64,000 nucleotides of DNA from an uncultured Planctomycetota bacterium (lineage in GTDB: Bacteria > Planctomycetota > Planctomycetia > Pirellulales > Lacipirellulaceae). A program made the translations under genes and the position numbers. Below are positions 32,084-42,097 of the stretch, piece by piece. Below the pieces are notes generated by a model. It saw nothing but the letters and a program-made list of their open reading frames with translations, ran no database searches and had not been told where the DNA came from. The stretch is from NCBI GenBank assembly GCA_963719315.1, contig CAVRBU010000011.1, forward strand, positions 32,001 through 96,000, in the 5' to 3' direction. Numbering within the stretch: the stretch's first letter is position 1; each line of letters begins with the position of its first letter.

Positions 32084-32905
32084 TCAGAACCAAAGCTTGA
32101 TCGGCTTGATGCCGGCTTGTTCAAAGTACGGGTCGAGGCGTCGCCCCAGCTCAGGCCAATGGTGGTGTGGGACAGACGGATAGAGATGGTGTTCCAAATG
32201 GTACAGATGTTCCACGGCGATGAAAGACGCTACCTTGCCGCGGAACAATCGAGTTTGCGACAATTCGTTCTCACCATGCGGCTCGTGTGGAACATACGGC
32301 GTGACCAGGGGAATGATCCAGCTTCCCATGATCATCAACACGACATAGACCAGAAAAATTGGTGTCACCGCAGTGAGAGCGACGGAGAACAGGACAAGTG
32401 TGACGACCCCCACTCCTTCTAATACGATCGCGAAACGTTCCGATTCGGTGTGTTTGACGGCCCACCACCAGATTCGAAATTGGAAGATCGTCCCTTCCAA
32501 TAGAGTCCGGAGTAATGACATCTTGGCAGCTGCTCCTTCGATGTCATCGTCGTGCGGATAGCAGGCGTGATGGTGCAGGTGTACCATGCGATACGCGTGG
32601 CCGCTGCGTAGGGCCAACAACTCGATTAGCAAAAGCAGGAAGCTATTAGTGCGCTTATGAAAGCCGAGATTTCCGTGGACCAGATCGTGCGAAACGGAGC
32701 CGTACGTCACGAAGCTCAGGCAGATAAGACAGATGACAGCGAGCGGCCACCATCGCCAGATTGCGCATACGAAATAGAGCGTGATCCATAGAAAGGGCAG
32801 CGAAAGACTAACCGTTCGGCGCACGGGTGAAATGCGCGTTAAGTCATTGGCCAGTTCATGCAGCGCCGGCAGCTTGAATTCGGCCGACTTGATGGGCTCG
32901 CTCAT
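32084..32905 (-). CDS. Membrane fatty-acid desaturase superfamily protein
   Basis: His boxes HDLVH, HLHHH and HLEHH. Confidence 0.9.
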   Translation of the reverse strand: MSEPIKSAEFKLPALHELANDLTRISPVRRTVSLSLPFLWITLYFVCAIWRWWPLAVICLICLSFVTYGSVSHDLVHGNLGFHKRTNSFLLLLIELLALRSGHAYRMVHLHHHACYPHDDDIEGAAAKMSLLRTLLEGTIFQFRIWWWAVKHTESERFAIVLEGVGVVTLVLFSVALTAVTPIFLVYVVLMIMGSWIIPLVTPYVPHEPHGENELSQTRLFRGKVASFIAVEHLYHLEHHLYPSVPHHHWPELGRRLDPYFEQAGIKPIKLWF

Positions 32906-32946
32906 CGCGATTCGCCAAGGTCAACGATTGTAGCGCGGAGTCATTT

Positions 32947-33183
32947 CTATTGCAGCCAACTGAGCAGTTGGATCACGCCCAGCACGATGCCCATGAACAC
33001 CACGATCCAGACCGCGAAGCGGAACGCGTGGACGAGGATGGCGTTCATTTCTTCGTGGCGCGTGGCGGCGCACACCAGGCTGACGCTCGTCACCAGCGGC
33101 AGGGCGTACCAGAGCCGGGCGGCGCCGAGCACGGCGAGCAATGCGAACGAGACGGCCGGCGAGGAAGTCAAGTGGTCGACCAT
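32947..33183 (-). CDS. Small hypothetical membrane protein
   Basis: Co-oriented directly downstream of 33192..33821; LWYALPL..SVSLV..ATRHE motif; hydrophobic. Confidence 0.7.
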   Translation of the reverse strand: MVDHLTSSPAVSFALLAVLGAARLWYALPLVTSVSLVCAATRHEEMNAILVHAFRFAVWIVVFMGIVLGVIQLLSWLQ

Positions 33184-33191
33184 GGGCGAGC

Positions 33192-33821
33192 TCACGCTTT
33201 CTTGTCCTTGTCGGCGGTTTTATGCTTGTCGTCGGGCGGCGGGATCACCAGCGGCCCGCCATACGCGTCGAAAATCACCAGCACGTTCAGCAGCCCGGCG
33301 ATTACGGTGAAGACCGTGCCGATATCGAAGAACTCGCCGTAGTCGTAGTTCCACTTCGACAATTCATCGGGGCTGATGACCTTGTGGGCGGGGTCGCTTT
33401 GGTCCTTGGACTCGAAGCCGGGCCCTTGGTCGGCAGGCGGAACTTCGCGGGGCGGGCGCATGAAGCCGCCCCAGAGCGGCTCCTTGTTGTCGCGCACGCG
33501 TTCGCGTTGCACGAGCGCCGGCAACGCGGGCAATCCGACGCCGATCTGACAAACGTACTGCCAGCGATCGTTGAAAAACTTGCGGCTGAAGACGTCGGCC
33601 GTCGAGGCGTAGACGACGTGCCCGCTGCCGATGTACATGCCGTAAATAAACGTTCCGAGGATGCACACGGAGAACAAGATGCCCTTGCCGGTGCGGCCTT
33701 GATAGATATGCCCCAGGCCGGGGACCAGCCAGGCTAGGAACGCCGCCAGGCGCGGATCCTTCAAATCGATTTCGAGCGTCGAGCCGTCACCCTTCTCGAA
33801 ATCCAAAGTCGTTTTGGCCAT
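33192..33821 (-). CDS. DUF6677-like membrane protein
   Basis: LAAFLAWLVPGLGHIYQGR and IGTVFTVIAGLLN.L.I.DA motifs. Confidence 0.8.
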   Translation of the reverse strand: MAKTTLDFEKGDGSTLEIDLKDPRLAAFLAWLVPGLGHIYQGRTGKGILFSVCILGTFIYGMYIGSGHVVYASTADVFSRKFFNDRWQYVCQIGVGLPALPALVQRERVRDNKEPLWGGFMRPPREVPPADQGPGFESKDQSDPAHKVISPDELSKWNYDYGEFFDIGTVFTVIAGLLNVLVIFDAYGGPLVIPPPDDKHKTADKDKKA

Positions 33822-34112
33822 CGCAGGTATCTCGAAGCAGCGGATGCGTTAGGGTTTGCGCCCCGGTCGGGGTGGCACGGGCGCAAGATTCCTTATTCTA
33901 GGAATCGAGGCCGGGAATTCCAGGCCAGTTTTGGGGGGCGGCCCGGTGATGGGGCGAATCCAGCACGTTATTCGGCGAGGGTGGGACGATCTTGGCGGAA
34001 AGTGACCAGCGAAAGGAGTCGCTGAAGTCGTAAGAGTTGAACTACGGCCAGGCGGGCTGAGTTCTTGCGAATCCAGCTACATCGCAGTGAACCAATCACT
34101 GAAACTGAAAAA

Positions 34113-34252
34113 GGAACCGCCAAGATCGCCAAGGAATGCAGAGAGAAATCAATTTGGCATGCAGTTTGTCTGTTAAATACCGTTCCGGCAAACTATCGCG
34201 TTTTTGACCGTAATAAATGAAGGCTTGGCGTTCTTGGCGTGCTTGGCGGTTT
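34113..34252. repeat. Nonamer (CGCCAAG-based) palindromic repeat; related copies at about 29476-29514 and 41931-42012
   Basis: AACCGCCAAGATCGCCAAG...CTTGGCGTTCTTGGCGTGCTTGGCGGTT. Confidence 0.75.
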
Positions 34253-34265
34253 TCACTCCGAGTAA

Positions 34266-34943
34266 TCACTGGGCCTCGGGCCCGCCGATTTTGCGCAGAT
34301 ACTCGGCCAACTGGGCTTGCAGGTCCAAGAGCTGTTGCCACTGGGCGAGGTCGATTTTGACGTGCGTCGCGCCTTCCGGCAGCGTGGCCGATTGCACGAG
34401 CGTTCGACTCTGCAGGTGCAAGAATTCGAAGATCTCCGAGAGCTGCGCGGCCTGGCCGGGGCTGAGGCCGGTGGGCAACTCGGGCGCCGCCGGAATGTGC
34501 AATGTGCTGTGCAGGCTGTCCGACGCGCCCCAGCGGAGTTCGAAATCCATCGCCTCCGGATCGAGGTGGCGTGAAATCTTCGACGGGTCCAAGTCGCCGG
34601 TAAGGCCCAGCCCGCTCTCGCGCAGCTCGTCGAGCCGGCTGACGATCTGATCCTTCGTGCCGTACAGCAGAATGCTGCGGCCGACGGCGATCACGTCGCC
34701 GAATTGCAGGACGCGGAGCTGCGCGTCTTCGCCGTTGACGCGCGTGCCGTTCGTGCTCTCCAGGTCCGTCAGCACGAGTTTGTTCTGGTCTTCCTGGATT
34801 TTGATATGGAAGCGGCTGATCCGTTCGTCGTTGAGTTGAACGGTGTTGCCCTCCTCGCGGCCGATCGTAACCGGCGTGGGCAATTTCTCGAACACGCGGC
34901 CCCGATCCGCCCCATCCAGTATTCGCAACGTCACGTCAGCCAT
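34266..34943 (-). CDS. FHA domain protein
   Basis: TIGRE, ISRFH, DLESTNGT.VNG FHA motifs. Confidence 0.92.
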   Translation of the reverse strand: MADVTLRILDGADRGRVFEKLPTPVTIGREEGNTVQLNDERISRFHIKIQEDQNKLVLTDLESTNGTRVNGEDAQLRVLQFGDVIAVGRSILLYGTKDQIVSRLDELRESGLGLTGDLDPSKISRHLDPEAMDFELRWGASDSLHSTLHIPAAPELPTGLSPGQAAQLSEIFEFLHLQSRTLVQSATLPEGATHVKIDLAQWQQLLDLQAQLAEYLRKIGGPEAQ

Positions 34944-35136
34944 CGGAAGTATCACACTGCTTGGTAAGCGTGCGCGCTCGCTCGCGTTGCGCTATCGTGC
35001 GCCAGAAAAGGCTTACAGCATCGTTTCACCGAAACAAGTCGAGCGCAAACTGCCGACGCCGCGTTCCGTCCCTCGGATGCCTTGCCAATTCCATTTTGCG
35101 CAATAATCGACCCTTCCGCAACAGGCGGGATTACGG

Positions 35137-35258
35137 CGTGGTGTCCTAATTTGCAGCACAACAACCTTGTAGCACGGCCTTCAGTCCGTGTTTCTCGTAA
35201 GGACTGAAGTCCGTGCTACAAAGTTCCGGTCCGAAGGGAGCCAAATTAGGACACCACC
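35137..35258 (+). mobile_element. 122-bp MITE (copy 1) with about 17-bp TIRs and a near-perfect 8-bp TSD (GATTACGG/GATTGCGG)
   Basis: GTGGTGTCCTAATTTG...CAAATTAGGACACCAC; an inverted second copy lies at 41247..41368. Confidence 0.85.
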
Positions 35259-35327
35259 GATTGCGGGGGAAGTGCCGTCAACTCGCTCCGCGAGCTGAAA
35301 TTCCTCTCGCGGTGCGAGAGGGCTGCT

Positions 35328-36932
35328 TTAATGCCGGAAATGACGGCGATCGGTGAAGATGATCGGGATGCCGTGCTGGTTGCAGGCGGCGACCACCTCG
35401 TCATCGCGGCGCGAACCGCCGGGTTGGATAATGACGGCGACGCCCGCCGCGGCCGCGAGGTGAATGGAATCGTCGAATGGGAAAAACGCGTCGGAGGCGA
35501 GCGCGGCGCCGTGGGCTCGGTCGCCCGCCTTTTTGATCGCGATTTCGACGGAATCCACGCGGCTCATCTGCCCGGCCCCAACGCCGACGATCGCCAGGTC
35601 TTTGGCCAGCACGATGGCGTTCGATTTCACGTGCCGGCACACGGCCCAAGCGATCCGCAAGTCGATGTGTTGTGCCTTGGTCGGCTGCGTGCTGGTGACG
35701 ACTTTCCAATCGGCGTCATCGTCGTGCAAATTGTCGGCCGTCTGGACGAGCATGCCGCCGCTGATTTGACGAAGTTCGCGCGCACCCGGATCGTGGACCA
35801 TCATCTTTTCGAGTTTTAGCAGCCGCACGTTCGCTTTCCACTTCGGCTTGGTCGTGAGAATTTCGAACGCTTCGGGTGTGAAGTCGGGGGCGATGATGGC
35901 CTCGACGAATCGATCGGGCCCGGCGAGAAACTCGGCTGCCTCTGCATCGACGGGCTCGTTGAAGCCCAGCACCGAGCCGAACGCGCTTACGGGATCGCCT
36001 TCCCAAGCGCGGCGCAATGCTTCGCAAACCCTTTCGGCGCTGGCTGCACCGCACGGATTGTTGTGTTTGATCACCACGACACTCGGAATCGGCAAAGATC
36101 GTACAATGGCGAGCGCGCTATCCAGGTCCAAATAGTTGTTGTACGACAACTCTTTGCCGTGAACGTGCTGGGCACGCACCAGCGCGCTCACGGGCGGCTC
36201 GGGCAAAACATAGAGCGTTGCCGGTTGATGTGGGTTTTCTCCATACCGGAGCGACTCTGTCCGCTTCAGCTCGACTGTGATCGAATCCGGGAACCCGCTG
36301 ATATCCGTTCCAACCGATGTGCGCTCGAAGTCGTCGAGATTGCCGGACCAATAGCCGGCGATGGCGGCATCATACAGAGCCGTATATTGGAACGCAGTTC
36401 CCGCTAAGCTGCGTCGTGAATTCAACGTGGTCGCACCGCCATTCGCGCGCATTTCGTCGAGCACTTGTTGATAGTGCTTCGGGTAGCAAACGACGGTCAC
36501 GAATTCATGGTTTTTCGCCGCCCCGCGAATCAGCGTTGGTCCGCCGATATCGATGTTTTCGATCGCCTCTTCGACGGTGACGTTGGGTCGCGCGACGGTC
36601 TCCTTGAACGGGTACAGGTTCACCACGACCAGGTCGAACGGCACGATTCCCTGGGCGGCGATGGCGGCCATGTCGTCGGGGCGGTCGCGGCGGCAGAGGA
36701 TGCCCCCGTGGATTTTGGGGTGCAGGGTCTTGATCCGGCCGTCCATCATTTCTGGGAAGCCGGTGTAGGCCGCCACCTCGCGAACGGGGATGCCGGCCCC
36801 TTCCAGGTGCTTCCGCGAGCCGCCGCTGGCGTAGATTTCAACTCCTGCCGCCACAAGACCTTGGGCGAAATCGAGGAGGCCCGTTTTATCGCTGACGCTG
36901 ATGAGTGCCCGCTCGATTTTGGGGGAGCTCAT
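35328..36932 (-). CDS. purH: Bifunctional AICAR transformylase / IMP cyclohydrolase
   Basis: ALISVSDK, GRIKTLHP, IDIGGP, LRYGENPHQ, KHNNPCG, GAGQMSRVDS, ASDAFFPF, RHFRH. Confidence 0.98.
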   Translation of the reverse strand: MSSPKIERALISVSDKTGLLDFAQGLVAAGVEIYASGGSRKHLEGAGIPVREVAAYTGFPEMMDGRIKTLHPKIHGGILCRRDRPDDMAAIAAQGIVPFDLVVVNLYPFKETVARPNVTVEEAIENIDIGGPTLIRGAAKNHEFVTVVCYPKHYQQVLDEMRANGGATTLNSRRSLAGTAFQYTALYDAAIAGYWSGNLDDFERTSVGTDISGFPDSITVELKRTESLRYGENPHQPATLYVLPEPPVSALVRAQHVHGKELSYNNYLDLDSALAIVRSLPIPSVVVIKHNNPCGAASAERVCEALRRAWEGDPVSAFGSVLGFNEPVDAEAAEFLAGPDRFVEAIIAPDFTPEAFEILTTKPKWKANVRLLKLEKMMVHDPGARELRQISGGMLVQTADNLHDDDADWKVVTSTQPTKAQHIDLRIAWAVCRHVKSNAIVLAKDLAIVGVGAGQMSRVDSVEIAIKKAGDRAHGAALASDAFFPFDDSIHLAAAAGVAVIIQPGGSRRDDEVVAACNQHGIPIIFTDRRHFRH

Positions 36933-37128
36933 CGGGTACTCCCTGGGGCCGCAATTGCCCCGAATTCACTTTCCATGGAAAAATCGCATTCCGCCATGAA
37001 CCGGCTGCAAACGAGTCTCGTAAGGCTATTAGAGAAATGAATGGCGACGGCGGTCCTGCCCCAAGTAGCTGTCGTCGCCGTGCTGTTTGGGCCGGCAGCA
37101 CCCAGCCGCGGCCACAATAGCACCTCTC

Positions 37129-37207
37129 GCCGTCCCTTTCAACGTGCGCCTCGGGCCACCGTCCCCCCCTCAACCCGGGGCCGACTAACAAAGGGACGGC
37201 GTTTTTT
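37129..37207 (+). terminator. Terminator-like stem followed by a T-tract, closing a structured intergenic segment
   Basis: GCCGTCCCTTT...AAAGGGACGGC followed by GTTTTTT; the loop is unusually large. Confidence 0.5.
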
Positions 37208-37880
37208 ATGCGCTGAGGTTTTTCAAGGGCCACGATCCTGGGGGCTCGCAGAGCCTCGACCCCAGGCACTCGGCGGGCACCCATGTGGCAAATTTCTTTG
37301 GGGTGCTGTCGTAAACCTGTCGCACTTGAGGTGCGTATTGTTTGTGGATACAGAATCCAGGGGACGGGATATGGGGAAAGCGATTCGCGATGAGAACTCG
37401 CCGAATTTGCTTCCCCGACGCTCGACCCGCTTCGTTTGCCGGTCCATTTGACGGACCGGTATCTGGGTGGCAGGACGCCAACATTCAGGGTCTGGAGCAG
37501 TTGGCGATTTGACGTGTTGCTTGACATTCGTCCACGGGCGCAACATGATCGGTTGTGACGTTTAATCCGAATAGCGCGAGCCATATTCGCGCGGCGGACG
37601 AACGGTCATAACCCTGCAAAGTGCGCCGGTCGTCAGAACCGTGGTTCACGGATTTGACGTTGCTCAGTGAGCAATCGGCGCGTTGCGATTCGGTTGGCGC
37701 GACGTGTAACGGGACTACCGCGCAGGCGACACGCAAGCGGCGAAAAAGTGTGGCGGCTTTTTTGACCGCGGCCTTTTCGTGTTCTATATTCATTTGGCCA
37801 TCTTGCACAGACCCTCCGAACGCGCACTGGTTCGGCGTGCTGCACGGCAGCAGTCCGACGGCGAAGAACAGGATACATCG

Positions 37881-39655
37881 ATGCGACAACGGGTAGTTGC
37901 CTTCTCGCGTTCTCTGGCACGTTTCCTCGCCCTTTCGGCTTGTGTGGCGCTGGCCGCGGCCGCCAATGCTCAGGTCGCTCCGCCGACTTTGCAGCCGGCA
38001 ACCCAACAGCCGCAGCAGCCGATCACGCCGAAGTTTCAGCCAGCGGCCAGCATGGCCAATGCGCTGCAGAGCGCGATCAGCCACGTGCTCGAAAAGGGCC
38101 ACAGCCTCGAAGTCAGCGGCCGCTGGGCCGATGCTTTGACGCAGTACGAAGAAGCGCTCCACGAGTATCCAGAAGATAAAGCGCTGCAGGCGCGGTTCGA
38201 CCTCGCCCGGTTGCACTATAGTCTGGACCAGCGCTACGACGACCGCAGCTTCCGCGACGCCCTCCGGACGCTCAAGCCGCAGCAGGCGCTTGACCAGTAC
38301 AACGACTTGTTGAGCAAGATCGACGCTCACTACTACACCGATCCGCCGTGGCAAGATATCGCTCAGCGGGGCGCCACGGCGATGGACATCGCGCTCGCCA
38401 ATGAAAACTTCCTTCGCAACCAGGGCGTTCGCGTCCGCGGGCAGCAAGTCGATCAATTGCGAAGCGAGATTTCGCAGTTCCCGGGTCGATACGCGATCAA
38501 GTCGGCCCGCGACGTGTCGGCCGTTTCGGCGCAAATCGCCCGCTTGGCACGGCAACGCGTGGGCGTGAATGAAACGGCGACCCTGTTGGAATTCACGGCG
38601 GCCGCGGCCGGCGGGTTGGACCACTATTCGTCGTTCCTTACGGGCGATCAACTCCGCGATATCTATTCGCAAATCGAAGGCAATTTCGTGGGCCTGGGCG
38701 TGGAGCTCAAAGCCGACCAAGGCGCGCTCTTGATCGTCCACGTCATTCCGCACAGCCCGGCCGAAACTGCTGGCATTCACGAAGGCGATCGCATCACCGC
38801 CGTAGATGGCCAAGATACCAAGGCGCTTTCGACCGACGAGGCAGCCTCGCTTCTCACCGGCGAAGAAGGCAGCCTGGTCAAGGTTGTCGTCAACACGCCC
38901 GGCCGAGCGCCCGCGAATTGACGGTCCGTCGTGCGAGCGTGGACGTGCCCAGTTTGGAGAATGTGAAGATCGTCGATCCGGCAACGGGCGTGGCCTATGT
39001 TCGCATTCCCGCGTTCCAGAAAACGACGCCGACCGATTTGGAAAACGCCCTCTGGGATCTGCACAAGCAGGGGATGCGGAGCCTGATCATCGACCTCCGC
39101 GGCAACCCAGGCGGCTTGCTGACGGCGAGCGTCGAAATCGCCGACAAGTTCATCGCCGATGGCGGCATCGTTTCGACCCGTGGTCGCAGCGAGCCGGAGA
39201 ATTTCAGCTATCGCGCTCATCGCCCCGGCACGTGGCGCGTGCCGCTCGTAGTGCTGATCGACGGCGATAGTGCAAGTGCCAGTGAGATCTTCGCCGGCGC
39301 GATCAAGGACTCGGGCCGCGGTAAGGTCGTCGGTTTGCGGTCCTATGGCAAAGGATCGGTGCAAGGCATCTTCCCCTTGGGCAAGACCGGCGCCGGCGCA
39401 CGGCTGACCACCGCTAAATTCTTCTCGCCGCTCGGTCACCCGATTGCCAACGTGGGCATCACGCCCGATATCAACGTCCGCAACCCGCCCAATAATTACC
39501 TGGTTGGTTTCCGCGGCGCCGACAGCATCAACGCTCCGATGGCCAACAGCGCAGCCGCCACCGTGCCGACCGCTGCTCCGGCCGGTTCGGACAAAGATCG
39601 CACGCTTGAAATTGCGATCGGCGTTGCCCGCGATCTGCCGGTGGCGCAGCTGTAA
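37881..39655 (+). CDS. S41 carboxyl-terminal processing protease with PDZ domain, frameshifted at about 38910
   Basis: Signal peptide; LD.YS.FL, FVGLGVEL, SPA..AGI..GDRI; next frame LIIDLRGNPGGLL, SASASEIFAGA, SYGKGSVQ. Confidence 0.9.
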
Positions 39656-39819
39656 GCGGGAAGTACGCTCAGCCCCGCGTCGCAGCTATATCGCCTTCGA
39701 TTGGAAGAATGAAAGCGTTGCTTCTACCGTTTCTTGGCAGATAGGAATCGCTCAATGAGGCGGCAGAGTTCGCCAAATCTTGCTGGACCGCCGCATCCAG
39801 CCCACGCTAAAATAACACT

Positions 39820-40092
39820 ATGAGCCAGGAGTTTCAGGCCATCTACGAAAACGGCGTGCTTCGACCAATCACGCCACTGAACTTGCCGGAGTCGGCGGAG
39901 GTTGCGGGGACGCTTCGGGAAACGAATGGCATTGGACGCGAATTTGCCAAGCCGGACACTGCTGCGCTGCAACGTCAGCAGGCGGCGTTGAATGCCATGT
40001 TCAGTGAAATAGACAAACTGCCGCAGGCTTCTAGCTCAGACGGTCTTTCCGGGCGCGATCACGACAAAATACTTTATGGATCAGGGCAGTGA
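39820..40092 (+). CDS. DUF104/AF2212-like antitoxin
   Basis: AIYENGVLRP..PLNLPE and RDHDKILYG; overlaps the PIN gene. Confidence 0.85.
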   Translation: MSQEFQAIYENGVLRPITPLNLPESAEVAGTLRETNGIGREFAKPDTAALQRQQAALNAMFSEIDKLPQASSSDGLSGRDHDKILYGSGQ

Positions 40093-40484
40093 TCTTTGTC
40101 GACACCGGAGCTTGGTTCGCACGGTACGTAGCGGACGACGTAGATCACAAGGCGGCCGTGGATTGGTTTGCGAACGTGCCCGACCGTCTGGTCAAGACGG
40201 ACTATGTCGTCGACGAATTGCTCACGCTTCTCAAAGTTCGAGGGCATTCCGAGATCGCATTTGCCGTCGGGACACCCCTCGTGTCCGGCGTCACCTGCGA
40301 ACTCGAATTCATCAATCCCTCGGATGTTCATCGGGCTTGGATCGTATTCTCGACTTATCGCGACAAAGGTTGGAGCTTTACTGATTGCGTAAGCCGCGTA
40401 GTAATCGAGCGAATGGGAATCACCGCCGCATGTGCCTTCGATGATCACTTTCGCCAGTTTGGCAATTTGAACGTAGTGCCATAA
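40089..40484 (+). CDS. PIN-domain (VapC-like) toxin
   Basis: IFVDTGAW, DYVVDE, SFTDCVS, AFDDHFRQFG. Confidence 0.92.
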   Translation: MIFVDTGAWFARYVADDVDHKAAVDWFANVPDRLVKTDYVVDELLTLLKVRGHSEIAFAVGTPLVSGVTCELEFINPSDVHRAWIVFSTYRDKGWSFTDCVSRVVIERMGITAACAFDDHFRQFGNLNVVP

Positions 40485-40497
40485 GCTTACAGACCTG

Positions 40498-41404
40498 TTA
40501 CAGCCTTCTGCCGCGATAGACTTGGACAGCAGAACCGTCGGCGATGAGGACGCTACGGGGCGGCGCGGCAAGATACTCTGCGAACTGCGTATCATACGTC
40601 GCCGCGAGATCGCAATCCCATACCACATCGTCCGCCGGCGCCACGCGCCAAGGTTCATGAGCCACCCGGTACTCGCACGTGTGGCCGTCGCGACCGCGGG
40701 CATAGCCCCAGTAGTGATCGACGAGGAATTCGTCCAGCGACCCTGTCGGCGGCCGTGTCAAAGTCGCTGCGACACGGCCGGCGAGGCGGTTCCAACGGAG
40801 GGCGCTAAGCCGCCAGCGGCTTTGCCACGCGTATTCAAGGGAGTCGCCGGGGCGGAGTCCTTAACCGGCAGTTGTGATGGTACTGCACATGGGGCGGGTG
40901 ATGTAGTTTTCGTAATACAATAGGTTGGCGATCATCGCCACGGCGCGGCGGGGCACGATCTCGCGGACGAAAACAACGCCGCGGCGTGTTTCGTTGCCGA
41001 TGATTCGCTTCACGTAGTAGCGAAGGTTGATCTCGTCGAAATTGGTGTGGCCGGGAACGGGGATGCCGAGGACGCGCACATTTTGAAAGCGGAAGCCGAC
41101 AATGCTCATGTAGGCCTGACCCTCGTGCAGATCAGGCTCCGTGCCAGCGGGAGCGAGGCCTGCGATAAACTCGACCGGCACCGCGAAGTTCAAGAGCGGC
41201 AGGTCGGTCCAGCGGGCCGTTAGAAATGGTCGCTCGCGGGGCACAGGGTGGTGTCCTAATTTGGCACCGTGCGGACCGGAACTATGTAGCACGGACTTCA
41301 GTCCGTACGAGAATCACGGACTGAAGTCCGTGCCACAAGCTTGTTGTGCCGCAAATTAGGACACTACCGGGCACAGGCGATGGTTGACGTGGCGAAGCAG
41401 CCAC
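40498..41404 (-). pseudogene. DUF2071/YqjF-family gene disrupted by a MITE and a nonsense codon
   Basis: FLTARW..L..LNF, NF.EINLRYYV and FLVDHYWGY motifs; in-frame TAA at 40861-40863; MITE in the N-terminal coding region. Confidence 0.85.
41247..41368 (-). mobile_element. 122-bp MITE (copy 2) with a perfect 8-bp TSD GGGCACAG
   Basis: TSD at 41239-41246 and 41369-41376; TIRs GGTGGTGTCCTAATTTG / CAAATTAGGACACTACC. Confidence 0.9.
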
Positions 41405-41526
41405 TCGATACTCGTTAGTTCATGATAGGGGTTCGGGGGTCAGGGTTCAGCCTCAATTCGAGGCCCTCTTTAATTTGTAGCCCGAACCCTAAACTCTGAA
41501 CCCTGCGACTGTAAAGGAAGCCCGCC

Positions 41527-41916
41527 ATGGCCGACGAAGAAGACGACGATGATGTGTACGATGAGGAATTCGATTTCGTGGACGATGACGACGAAGTCGC
41601 CGACGACGCAGAGGAAGCGTCCGCCGATGATTCGGACCTCGCCGACGAGCCAGCCGATGAGCGGGCGGCGGATGACGCCGACGCGGACGATGCGGAAGAG
41701 CCGGTCAATGAAGATGAATACGGTCGGACCGAGCCAGTTGCAAACTACTTGGTGCACGTGTACGAGCACAAGAAATTCAAGCGGACGATCGACCGGCCAT
41801 TCACGCCGGAGGATGCCGAGGCGTTTGCAACCGAATTCAATCGCACCTCGAAGAACTATAGCCGTTTCGCGCTGACGGGCAAAAACGACGCGAAGCCGAA
41901 GAAGTCGTTGGACTAA
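41527..41916 (+). CDS. Hypothetical protein with a very acidic disordered N-half and a small basic C-terminal domain
   Basis: AAAGGAAG RBS; D/E-rich then VHVYEHKKFKRTIDRPF. Confidence 0.8.
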   Translation: MADEEDDDDVYDEEFDFVDDDDEVADDAEEASADDSDLADEPADERAADDADADDAEEPVNEDEYGRTEPVANYLVHVYEHKKFKRTIDRPFTPEDAEAFATEFNRTSKNYSRFALTGKNDAKPKKSLD

Positions 41917-42097
41917 GCGGCGCTGAATCAAACCGCCAACAACGCCGGGGTCGCCAAGAAGAGCTATTGATATTTCCTGCAATACTTGGCGTCCTTGGTG
42001 ACTTGGCGGTTCAAGTTTTCGGGCGCCTTTGATCTTCATCGCTTTTTCTTTGTGTTCTTCGTGTCATCTTGGTAGATCATTCGACGAGGTAGTGGAC

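Noticed and set aside
37261..37444. Possible ZTP riboswitch upstream of purH (minus-strand GACCGGCA...GGGGAAGC...GCCGAGTGCCTGGG)
   Set aside because: No convincing P1 stem, a very long linker, and about 330 nt from the start codon; a cmsearch with the ZMP/ZTP model is needed to decide
37485..38984. 499-aa minus-strand ORF and similar long shadow ORFs (e.g. 16828-17811, 45673-46788, 52897-54045)
   Set aside because: Antisense to well-supported genes in GC-rich DNA, with no recognisable motifs
40861..40863. Stop-codon recoding or readthrough (also 30038-30040)
   Set aside because: Both are TAA in genes that look decayed; TAA is used as a normal stop elsewhere in the window
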